This document shows, in pieces, positions 1-13,635 of a stretch of 64,000 nt of DNA; position 1 is the stretch's first letter; each line of letters begins with the position of its first letter. Origin of the DNA: Octopus sinensis (lineage: Eukaryota); NCBI RefSeq assembly GCF_006345805.1, contig NC_043002.1:15562001-15626000 (forward strand), read 5' to 3'. A program made the translations under genes and the position numbers. A model generated the notes under the pieces. The model was not told the DNA's origin and made no database searches. It saw only the letters and a program-made list of their open reading frames with translations.

Positions 1-161
1 AGAGGTTTTAGTCTGAAGTCTTGAGGTATCAGTTCTTTATCAAATGACTTTATGGTTGTGTATGTGCAGCACAAGCACACACACAATCACATACACACAT
101 ACACACACTAATACACGTACATCCATACACAGATACATACATCTATATATGTATATATATA

Positions 162-392
162 GGTGGTGAGCGGGCTGAAACGTTAGCGCGTCGGGTGAAA
201 TGCTTAGCGGTATTTCGTCTGTCGTTACGTTCTGAGTTCAAATTCCGCCGAGGTCGACTTTGCCTTTCATCCTTTCGGGGTCGATAAATAAAGTACCAAT
301 TTCGCAATGGGGTCAATATAATCGACGTAATCCCTTTGTCTGTCCTTGCTTGTCCCCTCTATGTTTAGCTCCTTGTGGGTAGTAAAGAAATA
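162..392 (+). mobile_element. tRNA-derived SINE, family A (tail variant 1)
   Basis: A-box/B-box-like head (gttagc...gagttcaaattcc), central gcctttcatcctttcggggtcgataaa motif and tail gtttagccccttgtgggtagtaaagaaata. Homologous copies at 31229-31457 and 31473-31642. Confidence 0.85.
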
Positions 393-453
393 TATATATG
401 TATATATATAGACACATATACCTACCTACATACATACTGACATGCATACATAT

Positions 454-1550
454 AGCGACGTGTACTGCCCTTACCTAAAACGAAAACAAGGCAACAGAGG
501 CTTAACTTCGATCTAAAATGCCTTTGGATGTTGTATCATATCCCTTCGGCAACACCTTTTAAACATCGAATATTGAAATGCATCCCTTGAGCAAGTTTGC
601 ATACGTGAGGCTGATGGCAACATAAGACTTAGAAAGCAGCTCCTTGAGAAAACTTCCTCGTCTGGTAGCCTAAAATAAATGACCAAAGAAGTTGCACGAC
701 TCTACAGCAATGCATCATCAGATGGAAGGTCGAGTATATATGATCTGAAGACTTTGCATGGATATGTAAGCAGAAAGCTCTGAGATGATAGTAACATTGA
801 TCATGAAAGCAGTTTATCATGGACCAATAACCGGATTATTACCTCCCAATTTGAAGGGCATGCGTTTGCAATCCAGGAACACGAAATACCAACCTGAGAC
901 ACAACAGGAACAAAGATTCAAGAAAAGCAGTAAGATGTGATAGCCGATATAGACTATGTGGCGATAACACCGAAAATAGTCCAAAAATGTAATCTAGGTA
1001 TGAGATATGATGTTGTAGCTTGGACACTCTATAACGAAACCCGTAGGAAAGATAATCCAGAAGACCAACGAATAGCAACTCACAGTATAGAAGCCATAGC
1101 CACTCATGATAGAAAGAAACTGGTGGAATGTCAAAGTGAAAACCTCAATAAAATCTATGCATAACAGACCTGATATAATAATTTTGGCTAGTGAAGGGCA
1201 ACTGTGTAATGTTGCAAAAAATTAGCTGCCCTGCGGGTGTAGACATAAGTGTCAAGATCAGTGAAAAAGAGAATACCAACGCTGAACTATTGAGAAATCT
1301 GCAGTTACTTTATCCAGATTACAAATTTAGGTTTATATCTGTAATTATCGGGTCCCTGGGATTTGTACCTCACTGTATAAATACCAATCTTGAGTAATTA
1401 GGAGTATTAAAAGCAGATAAGTGAAAGCTAATTCGAAGGCTACAGATCTCTAAAACTTTCCAGAAGTTTATAATTTAAATATATAAGAACATGTCTAGAT
1501 ATGCAGCTTTATGCATGAAAATGCAGAAATGAAACAAAACATACAAAACT
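454..1550 (+). pseudogene. Degenerate R4/Dong-clade non-LTR retrotransposon, 3' part (post-RT region, CCHC region, restriction-like endonuclease)
   Basis: Manual translation across stops and frameshifts gives SDVYCPYLKRKQGNRGLTSI, KTLHGYV, SLSW...EGHAFAIQEHEIPT, YRLCGDNTE, RYDVVAW and HNRPDIII...ISCP...KISEKE...VIIGSLGFVP. These match the R4/Dong motifs RLYLxRKxGGRGL, KxLHG, AxQEQ, CRLC, RHDxVA and NRPD...IGALG. Confidence 0.85.
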
Positions 1551-1692
1551 CCACATATACACACATACATATCAACAAAAATACCATGTTGTTGATGTTG
1601 AAATTCCAATGAAGTAGCTTTGCATTTATGTTAGAAACATGCTTTTTCTCTATTGGCAAGAAAGCCTGAAATAAAACTGAATAATGGCACAC

Positions 1693-1955
1693 ACGGTTCA
1701 TTAGTTACAGCCTTGGGCCCATAATCATGAGGTCCGGAGTTCGATTCCCGGACAGGAGTGTCTGTTGTCTTTTTGATGAAGATACTTTATTTCACGTTGG
1801 TCTTCTTCACTCAGCTGTAGAAATGAGTAGCGTACAGAGGGGAGGTTGATATGCAGGTGCCCCTGCTGGTCTTTTATAAAACAACTTAGCCCGGACTTGT
1901 GCGTCGGAGGTAGTCTGCAGTCCCATGGTCATTCATGATTGAGGGTGTTTTTTAC
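1693..1955 (+). mobile_element. Old tRNA-derived SINE with CORE-like middle (family C)
   Basis: B-box gagttcgattccc followed by actttatttcacgttg...cactcagctgtagaaatgagt. The same middle occurs at 45750-45885 and 62263-62590. Confidence 0.6.
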
Positions 1956-3469
1956 TCTGTATATACAAACACAAACATAGAGAGAGAGAGGGGGGAGAGA
2001 TTTTTGAATTTCGGGACAGTGATTTTATGTGGGGTGGGGGTGCAAATAAGCACACGCACTACATATTAGTCCTTCATTCGTTTATTACTATTCTTCATCT
2101 AACTCATGTCTATTGTCCGCAAATCTTTTGTCACACATCTGTGACCTATTCACCAACACTTTCCGTCTCTGTACTCCTGCCCCACTTATTTCATTCTGTC
2201 CTTCTACTTTGTATATCCTTATATGCACCTGTGTTTGCGTGTGTCCGTACATGTGTTTGTGTTTGCATATATATCTATGTGTGTCGTTGTTATTCCCCGC
2301 AGCACCCTACACGCGCTGCTGTTCTAGGACCCGAAATTTGGTACAGTTCCTCTATCTTTCTGTGTTTCTGAAGTACTTCTAAGGAGAGAATATATGCGAA
2401 ATTTGCAACGATTTATCGCATTATGAAAAATGTTCTTTACAAATAATTAGAATCCGCATATTACATTCCCACTGTAGGTTACAAAAATGTAAGCCAATGG
2501 CTGTGAACTTTGAAATATGATCCGTTTCATTTCATAGTTAACTCTTTCTTTCATGAACTCCCTGGACTAATATCCGTTTTAGATTTTGACAGAAGCTTAC
2601 GAATTCGGAAGACGGGTAAGTAGATTATATTGAATCCAGTACTCAACTGGTACTTATTTTAGCGGAACCGAGAGGTTGAAGCCGAGAGCGAAGCCGAGAG
2701 ATGTGAACTCAGAACGGTGAAACGGACGAAATGATGCCTGGCGCTTTGTACGGTGTGCAAACAATTTTGCCCGCTCTCCATCCTGACGGTGATTAATATT
2801 GTGTTGTGTTTATAACTTTCTCCTTTATTAAACATCTGAGTTATTTCCATAGCCATGCTCCATTTGAATGTTTTTATAGTAAAATATATTAATTTTCATA
2901 TAATTTGAAAAGAATCAAATTTCTATTGAAACAATTTCTATGGATGCCTATGGAGAAAAACTATACATCATTGGTTACTAACTCATTAATAATTGACATG
3001 TTTATAAGCATGATGTAAGATTAAAAACAATGGAAATTTTGAAATGAGTGTTCCCTATGTAATTAAGGTATCGCAATCTCCTTCGGTTTTATACACACAC
3101 ACATCTATATGAAAAGAAAGAGAGAGAGACGGAGAATGTGTTCGGGCAGAAGAACGCAGTGGAACAAGCAAACATTTAATTCTGTCGCATGGAAAGATGT
3201 GACGTAATGGATGTTTATTATTATTCTTATATGAAACTATATAGAAATATGAAGCAGTGAAATCCTAAAAAATGGGTTACACAGAAATTTGGAGATGAAG
3301 AATTTCGTTAAATAAAAGTTACCGATTTGGCTTTTCGATTTGTTGTTTTGAGATCTTAATAGCGGAATTAATAATCTCAGTCTATAAATAATTTAATTTT
3401 ATAGTAATTTCGGTGCATTATGCCACGGGTATATGGCATGTATTTTCTGGCTATTTCTGAGTTTAAATT

Positions 3470-3600
3470 CTTCCGATGATGACTTGACCTTTCATCCTTT
3501 CAGAATAGATAATAAAAAAAATTGAGTATCGCCGTCGATGTAATCGACGAACCACCTCCCTTCACAAATAGTTCACACTTTGTATCTTTTGAGAAATAAA
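3470..3600 (+). mobile_element. Degenerate family A SINE fragment
   Basis: gacttgacctttcatcctttc...gtcgatgtaatcgac matches the family A core. Confidence 0.5.
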
Positions 3601-4796
3601 ATATTGGAATAAGTAGAAAACGAAATAGGTATCTGTACATATGTGGCTCTTTCATTAAGCGTGTAGTAACTCTTACTACTTCTGATGGCATTATCTTGGC
3701 CGTCAGCAGCTAAACCGGCGGCTTTTCCGAGTCTACTTTGTAAGAAAGGTGGTTCTTGTTGGACGACACCCTGCAGTAAGAAAAACAAAATCGGTCACGG
3801 GTGGATAAATTCTGTTGATTCAACGTCCTTCCAACTGCTGAGAGTGAAATCCGTGGAACATTTATTTAGACCTCACACTCTTGGAGAAAGGAAATTCTGT
3901 GATTTCACCTGTGTCCAATAATGTTGATAACTACTTATTGGGCATCATATTCGTTGCTTAGAAAGTTGGGTTGTCCCTGTATGTCATCTTTTGTCATTTT
4001 AAAATCTTCAGGTAGAGGTAAATCCATCTGTTCTATAACAGATAGCGCTTATTTAAGCATAGACTAAGAGAGAGAGAGGGGGAGAGAGGGAGAGGGAGAG
4101 AGAGAGTGAAACGTGTAAAAAAATCAGTAGTTTCTCAAAAGGATGTAGACATATTTTAGGGAAACTACTGAGTCTTACTCTGGAGGACTGTAAATATAAG
4201 AAAAACTACTCGCCCCGTTACTACAACGTGGGACCACGAACTAAGTCCTCAAAATTTCGAAAATGTCTGCTTTATACACCTCTATAACTAAAAGAATATC
4301 ACTCATGCCATTCGGAGGTAAAATTCTAACACAGATCACAGAATGAAATCTACGTTCAAATTCTACTAATATCAGCTTAGACTATATCTCCCCATGCTCG
4401 ATGAAATAACAGTCGTCTCCTGTGTTTGATGGTTCTTTTATTTGTTTTGGAAAGTAGATATGCTGAGTCCCAGTGAGATTCTGACTTCACCATTTTCTAA
4501 ATTCCCCCAAGATGCTCAGTATTTCACGATGGCACACTGGCAGCAGCATCATGGATTGAAGGTGCATAATTTGATAGAAATTATCTAATTATTTATTCGT
4601 AATACCGTCATTTATATTCTTTGAGATACTAAAAGTATGTACGATGTAATAATTTCTATAACACGAATGATCTACGGGATAAAATACAAATGGTGACATA
4701 GTCGTTCAGCTGAATTCATTGAATTCTCAATGACAAACTACCTCTTTTTTATTTCATTCACCCTGTAGCGAGGCACAAGAAGCCAGCGGTATTTTG

Positions 4797-4904
4797 AACG
4801 AGATCTCACCGGTAACCATTGCCATGTGCGAGACAAGAACGAGATCTAGACTGCAACCATTTGCCATGCGTGAGCCGACAACGAGATTGTCGTCGGCAAC
4901 CATT
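4797..4904. repeat. Imperfect tandem repeat, about 2.6 copies of a 41-42 bp unit
   Basis: Units start aacgagat at 4797, 4838 and 4880; each contains caaccat/taaccat. Confidence 0.75.
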
Positions 4905-6687
4905 ATTTAAGCAAGAGAACATCGACATTCTTTCTCTCACTCCATTACTCTTCGCACGCTCAACGCCGAGAAAGACTGAGTATGTAGTTGATAAAGTAAA
5001 CGGAAGATGGATTTAGTACGAATATTATATTTCGCACGACGATCGTCACTGAAAGTGAATCACATGAACGAGAACTCCGCTTGGGTAATTCTTCGTGTTC
5101 TAGATCCTTGAACCTACAAAATTAATTATAATAGGAGAAAGAGATACTCCACAGGTATCATGAACCTTCCATTCCATTATAACATTTTCATCGGAAATAT
5201 TCTATTTAAAATATCCTTCACTAGGATAATATTTTATTGAGGACTCAGCAACCAGAAAATTGCCCGGGAATTGAAAATATACAACTGAACGATGAAAATA
5301 TGATACGGCATTACAACAATTAAACTTCTAAGTTCCGACTGCTTCAGGCATGCATACTTGTCACACTTACAAAACTAGAACTGAATTAAGCTGCGTGTAA
5401 AGTTTAAGCTGCGTGTAGTCATTCAAGGAGTTAATTCATGTAGCACAGCGCTTCTAAAATAGGAAATGGGGTCACGAAAATTAAATTCAAACACTTGAAT
5501 TTCAGTTTAAATGCTATTTCACAAATGCATATTTAATAGCTGGTGTTTCGAAAAATCTCTTGATGAAAATTAGGGTAATGACCGAAAAAAAGATTAAGAA
5601 GCGACGATGCAGCTGATGATTTTGAAAGTTGGGTTTGTATTTTGATGGAAACTTCTGTTCGGAAAATGGCTTTCCGATTACTTCAGGAAGAGTTGAGCTA
5701 AGCTATACCACACATCAGAAGCAACGTATCAAACAGATATTTCTTTGAATGTCGTAGTCATTATTATCCAATCTTGCATACGCATTCTTCTGATAAATTT
5801 TTTTTTACATTTATCTTATATTTGAAGAATATTTTTCTACATATAAATATAACAATAATTGTGTTTTCCTCATTCTCCTGTTAAAGGAAAGCAGTGGAAC
5901 TCTGATTCATGTATAGGTGAATATCCTTCGCTGAGAGCAAGTGGCTAGTGTTCTGTGCAAAGTATCATTTGCGGTATTTGGTTTCCACCCATTTACAATT
6001 ACTTTCGTGTTACAATTGCGGTCCCAAATGCTTCTCAGTATTTGGGATCGAGCCTTCAGCAATATATGTAAAACCCGACGTTCATGACCATCATTACAAT
6101 CTATAATTCACATTTCATATCGACAAATCTATTTTCCATTCTCTTTCTCCCACTCGCCATCTCTCTCATTCTTTATGCTTCTCTTTTTTATGCATTTATT
6201 TTACACAGCAGTTCATTAAATTCATTATTCTACCGACGCTAAAATCACTTTTATATGACGACATACATATTCTGGATCAACTACAATTGCATTCCCATCT
6301 TACTTTCTCTCTCCTTTTATGTCCCTCATTTTATTTTAAAATATAATTGATAGTTGTATTTCATTTTACTCGTTGCAGTGTTTGGAAAACCACTGGAGGA
6401 TAACATGAAACTCTATTTTGTTGAAAGAACAAGATATATATATATATTCCATTGGTGTTTATGTAAATTAAATCCGGGTTTATATAAAATCGCTACTTTA
6501 AAGACGTGGAAACAAAACATCAACCCCCAAAACGCTCGTAAATACGCCCACATATACACATATGTGTGTATATATACGTGTGTGTATTTATGTAGGCATG
6601 CAAATATATGGTTGGGGTGTAAAATTGCAGAATCGTCAGCAGTGACTACTCCGTCACCAAATATTTTGGCTAAGTTCAGGCTGTCAG

Positions 6688-6730
<43 letters not shown>

Positions 6731-7106
6731 TTCCATATAAATCTAATGCTGAATTAGCGAAATGCTGGTGCAAAAATCACAAAATAACTTAGTCACTGCT
6801 GACGCGTCAGGAATTTAACAGGCGTATATAGTCTAGCCCAGTAGTCTAGCTTCGATTTTTGGGGGAGGTTATCTCTCCTGTCAGTATATGAAAATTTGCT
6901 TTCTTGCTGTTCTCGATTTTTTAACTCTTATTTGTAACAATATAGGTCTTACTCAGCAACCTGTGACACAATTGGAGACATTAGAAATGTTCCTTGTTAG
7001 TTTTGTATTGCAAATAATGGTGTAGTTTTCATATGTGTATGTTTGTGCGTGTACATGCCTACGTTACATACATACATAAGCGCACACAGACACACGCACG
7101 GATAAC

Positions 7107-7259
<153 letters not shown>

Positions 7260-7289
7260 GTGTTTGCAAGTGATGTACAGGTATTATAT

Positions 7290-7545
7290 ATTGCAAGAAA
7301 TAAGGTGATTTTATATTTACAGATTTTTATTAATATGTTACATGTTTTTATAAATCATATATTAGCGCATGCATCTACTCTAGTAGACTCTCCAAATTTT
7401 CGCACTGGCATTTATGTAATTCAAATCTGGAGAGTCTACTAGAATAGATGCAAAAGCCAATACATGATTTCTAAAAACATATCACATAAAATGTGTAAAT
7501 ATAAAACCATACAGATTTCTGAGTACCGTATTTCTTCTAATGTGT
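7290..7545 (+). mobile_element. Fold-back repeat element (family P2) with an older inverted arm
   Basis: tgcatctactctagtagactctcca (7370-7394) is inverted at 7428-7452 with 1 mismatch, and pairing extends imperfectly outward. The 3' part gtaaatataaaac...ttctgagtacc.tatttcttctaat+(TA)n is homologous to 30480-30605. Confidence 0.6.
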
Positions 7546-7561
7546 AATATATATATATATA

Positions 7562-7617
<56 letters not shown>

Positions 7618-7618
7618 A

Positions 7619-7764
7619 GGTCCCGGGTTGAGTCGGGGTTAACCACAGTAAATAAGGTACTCAATACATAGCAGAGTAAATTAATTTATTTTATAGAAGG
7701 AGCTTCTACAGGACTAGAACTGTTTCATTCAAATGAAACAGTTCTAGTCCTGTAGAAGCTCATT

Positions 7765-7770
<6 letters not shown>
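7619..7770 (-). mobile_element. Short fold-back element with a 39-bp inverted arm
   Basis: Arms 7691-7729 and 7732-7770 match 38/39. The element shares the tgagtacc.tattt motif with family P2 and is flanked by (TG/TA)n and (TA)n. Confidence 0.6.
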
Positions 7771-7849
<79 letters not shown>

Positions 7850-7851
7850 AG

Positions 7852-8030
7852 GGAGAGTTTACGAAAAAAACAAAAGACGAAGACAGGTGGTATACAAAAC
7901 AAACAGATGTATTTGTATAACGCTCAATAATAGAAAAAGTCCTTTACGTTTCGAGGCTACGCTCTTCTACAGAAAGGGGCACAGAAAAAACAAGGGCAGA
8001 AAAAAGTGTGTGTAGTGGCGAACGATCTAT
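7852..8030 (-). mobile_element. Short dispersed repeat (family P3) carrying a minimal hammerhead-like motif
   Basis: Homologous to 34990-35185 (+). The minus strand reads cctttCTGTAGA-A-GAG-cgtagc-CTC-GAAA-CG-TA-aagg and ends ttcgtaaactctccc next to a microsatellite. Confidence 0.65.
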
Positions 8031-9704
8031 AATGGCATGTGTGTGCCTATGTAATACGCACAAACACGCGCGCATATATATAAATATAGAAATGAGAGTG
8101 AAAGAGATAGAGAGATAGATTGATTTATACACTGAGCAAGTGGTTTGTACGCACACACACATACATATCAGAGATGTCGTAACTTATAAATAACATAACT
8201 CGTGTGAATTATAACATGCCTGATGAACTTGTGCACAGATTAAACGTTAGAGTGTAAAGTGCCTGACTGGAACAAAATTGAAACAATTCTTCTATATCAT
8301 TGAATACTGTTTCGTTCAACAGCCAACACTAGGAGTATACATACATATGTATATACAAACACACACTCATATGCGTATGTAGTGTGTATATTGTGTGTAT
8401 TGATAAATAGATTGTTAAATGGAGACATAAATTTACATTCGAATTTCCAGGATGATCAAACTTATCAGAATGTATGATATGGTTAGACTAAATAATCATA
8501 TCTGTAATTAATCATTTCACTGCATAATTAGTTACGTTGACTGAAGTCCAGTCGCAGATTCTCATTGCCGAGATCATTCAGCTATGGCCTATAACATTTA
8601 CCACAGCGCAGAGGCGTTTGGTGGGATATGAGTCGGTAATTAACGTACATTGATGTGTTTAATCTGAAATTATAGGGTATTAAATCATTTTAATTTCAGC
8701 TCGTCAAACTGCAGCTCCTAAATGTTTTCTCGGCAATAAATTATGGTTGTGCAGACGGAATACTCATACACATTTACTCGGATAGACTTCACATGCATAA
8801 AGACACACGTTCAAAGATGTACAAACACATGCACACATACACACATACATACGCAAACACACTATTACATATATAATGCAGGAAAAACACACCTGTCCAG
8901 TTATATGGAAATTTTAATGCATTTGTGACAAGCTAATAAAATATGTATTGCACAATTAATTCATATGGCAGGTGAGGAGTCTGCGCCTATGTAATACGCA
9001 CACGCACGCGCATATATACACACCATATGAAATACTCACAAACATATATATCCAGATAACACAAATCGGATCACTACACGGCCGCTAGATACATCAAGTT
9101 GCTTGAACGTGTACGCTAAGGAAAAAGTGTTACCTGCCATATGCCAAGACATTTGCAAAGTATACTCTTACCACTGTGAGTAATGTCCGGAAATATCGCA
9201 TGCATGTGAAAATTCTAACATGTCTTCGTACTTATAAAAATTAGGAAATGAATATTAATTTCCCAAGGAAAAATAACTATTAATAGAAATGAAATTAAAT
9301 AAAAAAAATTTCTCTTTTCTATAACTCCTGACATATAATTTTGTCCGTCTTCACCAGCACTTCGATCTCCATTTCTTTCTCTGTCACAGTGCGTGTTTAC
9401 CGGTCATTTACTCACTGCCTGTCATGAAATCTTATATGTGCACGCATCTTTCATTTCTTCTATTAATTCTTTCTGCTACCCACGTCTTATTCTTGTTCTC
9501 CTTCAATCGATATGTAATGCAAAACAGCTCCCTGCCTCCCTCCCAACCAACAAACTTCTATGTCAGCTATAATTATATTGAGATACAAATGGATCAGGCC
9601 CCTACGTAACTTACGCTGTACGACTGGGTACTTAGAAGGTGAAAAATGTATATATGCTAGTAGAAAGCATACACAAACACACACAAAACACAAAAAATAT
9701 ACAT

Positions 9705-9778
<74 letters not shown>

Positions 9779-10531
9779 GTTTGTGTCCGCGCGTGCATGA
9801 GTGTATGTATATACATATATGTTTGTAGATACATAGACACATGAATACATATGTACTCACACACCCATACATATGCATATAATTATACATATACATACAT
9901 ACATAGATATATATATATACATATGCAAATACACACGCCTACACACACACACACTCACACACACACATATATATATATATACATACACATACATGCCTAT
10001 ATACATACATACACACACACATAAACATAAATATATAAATATATATATATATATTTATATATATATGTTTATGTGTATGTATGTATGTATATAGGCATGT
10101 ATATAGGCATGTATATAGGCTAAGAGTACGAACCGAATTAGTGGATGTCAGATATTAAATATATCAGCATACGATTTGGAAGTGAAACATTTCTGGCTTC
10201 GTATTTAGCCTGTAAATGGTTTCCAGTAAAATTACTTCGCCATAAATCTGTGTTCCGGTCATTTATTGATCACCATACGGTATATTTTGTACTATGTAAA
10301 TGTACAGTATGTATCTCAATCGTCAGTATTTTCACCCGCTATATACATCAGTTAATAATGCGAAACGATTTCACTAGGTCTTCTTCTCTGGGTATATATG
10401 TAATTATATATAAAATACATTAAGGTTGTAATATTCATTCTTATGCACATATAAACATACTCACACGCTCATATACATAAACACACTCTATGCTCATACA
10501 CGCACAAAAAATATATGAATATATATACACA

Positions 10532-10695
10532 TATACGACGGTTTTCTTTCAGTGTCCGTCTATTTTACTCCTCACAAGCTGTTGGTCGGCCCGAAAATAT
10601 AGCAGAAGTCACTTGCCCACTTTGTCACGGAGTGGGACTGAAACACGAAAAATGGGATTGGTAATCAAGCTTCTTTCCACGTAGCGACGCTACAG
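10532..10695 (-). mobile_element. Degenerate 5' half of family D SINE
   Basis: ctttcagtgtccgtcta...ctcacaagctgttggtcggcccga...cacttgccca...gtgggactgaaac matches the reverse complement of the family D head. Confidence 0.65.
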
Positions 10696-13517
10696 ACATG
10701 TACACCCACACGCCCAAACCCATATATATAAATATATATATGTAACGTTGAGCAGATTTAGCGGTTGGAATAAGTGTCTGAGGGATGAAAATATCCGTTC
10801 TTACTACCAGTATGAGTTACCTATGTTATCCCTAGGCATGGGTATGCAAGCAGCACATTATGCTCGTAGGGTACAGGTAATAACTGAATAAACAAATGTT
10901 TGTCGGGAATGGAACTGAAGTAAGCAGAAAATGGAGAGAACTTTTGTTCAAAAAACACACAAATCGACCAGCATGGATTAATCATTTCTTAATACAAGAT
11001 ATAACACAAAATTAAATAATATTTCTTACGGCCGTTTCGGCTTCAAATGCCAATCGGTGATTACAAAGAAAATCCCGAAAATGATATTCGCCATATTTAT
11101 AGTACATTCGATCTAGTACATGGAGTTTTATAAGAATGAATACAAATACATAAAATAAATAAATGAAGGGAAGGTGTAGCCATACTGAGTCTGCCATGAA
11201 ATGTCACTTCCATCCATACATATATGTGTATGTGTGTTTATCTATACGCACAACGATCATTTAACCGCGCAGATAAAGACTATTTACGCATGCAAACATT
11301 TACACATACATAACCACATGCACATGAAGGCATTCATACACATTTACATTATTACAAATCAGAATTTGGATACGTTAAGCCTGTCGGTCTTTATGTCCTC
11401 TTTTGACTCCTTTCTCTCTTCCGAGCACATCTGAGTCGTTATTAATTCAAGCATATATTCCTTTTGTTTCATGTTAATCTCACGTCGTTACACTGTATAT
11501 TATATTCCAGTCTTAACCTTTCCTTCCCTTTCGCATTCTCATTCTTTGTATCGCTCACTAAATAAAGTAATTACCCTAACCTGACAGACAGGAACGCACC
11601 AGTATTAAATATACTAAGAATATATCCATTTCTTAGCGTGCATTGGATGTTCTTCAATATCTTTTCTCTTTATCCCGTTGATCCGATGTCATTCTGCTTT
11701 GATGTATTCCGGCTTCGCATTGGTCGATAAAATACGTGTCTTGTGGATGGCTAAGTGAAATGCGCTTATGTAATCAATGCTGATGCGTAGGTGCAAACTA
11801 TTCTTTGTAAAACATTGTGGTGTTATTAGGAATGCTGCTGTGCAACCATGTGATTTATGCTTTCTCTGAGCGCGACCGTAGGCAATCTTCTTCTACTCTA
11901 GGCCCCAAACTGACCAATGCTGTGGGAGATCATTCGGTACAGGGTTCCCGAAGAAGCACAAACTATAGATATGTGTGTCTCTCTGTGCCCGTTTTTTTTA
12001 CCCGTTCCACCGCTTGAAATTAATTTTGGATTGTTTACTCCTATGTAACTTAGCGATTCTGCAAAAGTGACCGACATTATATTTATCAGACTTTAAAATA
12101 ATGCTATTAGGTTCTAACTATTCTACAAAGGCATTTCAATATGGTGACCCAGCATGGTCACTGGACTATGGCTTACACAAGTAGAAGACAATTTGTTAAT
12201 TCGAGAACTTCAGTGGTTTTTATTACATCAGGAATACAGAACGTTGGTTAGGTTGTGGCCATTTATTAGGGTGACCCTTAAGGCAATAAGGGACATGCAC
12301 ATCACCGACCAAACGATTATTCAAACAATCCTGTAGCCAACTGTTTAAATGGGTAACAAGTTGGTAAATAATAATAATAAATAAAGTCAAATATATCTAG
12401 TGCGGGTATTCACATTAGCATAATGACGAATTCATAATGCAAGAAAGTTTCCCTTAACATGGCATTTAACACTATCTCTTAGTGTTTTTCTTCATTTTTT
12501 ACTTCGAATTTTGTCGAAATATCATTGCATGATAACTTAAATAATATCTTACAGATAATATATGTATAAATATATCAGATATTATTATATAATGTTTCAT
12601 GAATAATGCATCATTTTCTTTCACATAACGGCTAACAACCAACCATTTCCACAACACAAAGTTTTAAATACATTCATTGTCTTCTGCATTATAATTTTCT
12701 ACTTTTCTTAATTTCCATTTCCATTCATCTTTCCTATTTTAGGTTAATTACTTTCTGCTTCTACAATTCGTAAACTTGTATTTTTTTATAAAATTCTATG
12801 TCCATACATAGCTCAGTTCAAATATATGCAACAAGAATATGCGGAACAATTAAAATGTGACTCTCCTTTTCTCGAACTAGGAAATGGAATTCAATTCACG
12901 TTGAGAAAACTGCATCCATTTTGATTATATTTTTATTCCTATGGAATCTATTGTTACATTTCCTAATGTTTCTTTTTTAAGGACTTTATCCTGCAATGAT
13001 CATTTGCTTTCCACACGCTGCCGATATATGCCTTCCTATGTCATTATCAAGTTGTATTATTTTATTTTTGTATTCCTTAAGCAATCCTACTTCATATTTA
13101 TCGCACCCAACCCATCGTTTTATCATAATCTCTACGAAATATTAAACACTTTTGCTTTCTCTTCTTCTAAATATATCACTTCATTCTACTCCTGATGCAT
13201 TTGGACTTCTTTCTTTCTTAATATTCACCAGTATTTAAACCCTAATTCAACATTCCATTCCTCGTTTTCGTTTTCTAATAAATTTTACACATTATTATAA
13301 CATTTGACACTCCTATTAAATTAATGCAATATTTATACGAACAAAATAGAATACCTATAATTAAAGTAGTGCATTGAAAGTAATTTCTATCTCATATTTT
13401 TTTTTCTTTTTTACCAACGTTTTCTTAGATATTGTATACTTTCTAATTGTTTTTTAATACGCAGACAATTATATTCAGACATGCATACCTGTATGTATAC
13501 ATACGCTTACATATCAA

Positions 13518-13558
<41 letters not shown>

Positions 13559-13635
13559 ATACATGTATAAACATTTGTTTAATTATCTATATTCAATGTT
13601 GCGCGAAACGGCTTTTGATAAAATATTACAGTGTA

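Noticed and set aside
162-250. tRNA-like sequences at SINE heads
   Set aside because: They continue into SINE bodies and lack a complete cloverleaf, so they are not called as tRNA genes.
5386-5417. 14-bp direct repeat ttaagctgcgtgta, and the 12-bp x3 repeat at 10085-10120
   Set aside because: Ordinary local slippage duplications.
8218-8250. gcCTGATGAacttgtgcacagattaaacgtt hammerhead-like string
   Set aside because: G12 is missing, stem II is mismatched, there is no stem I and it is a single copy. Too weak.
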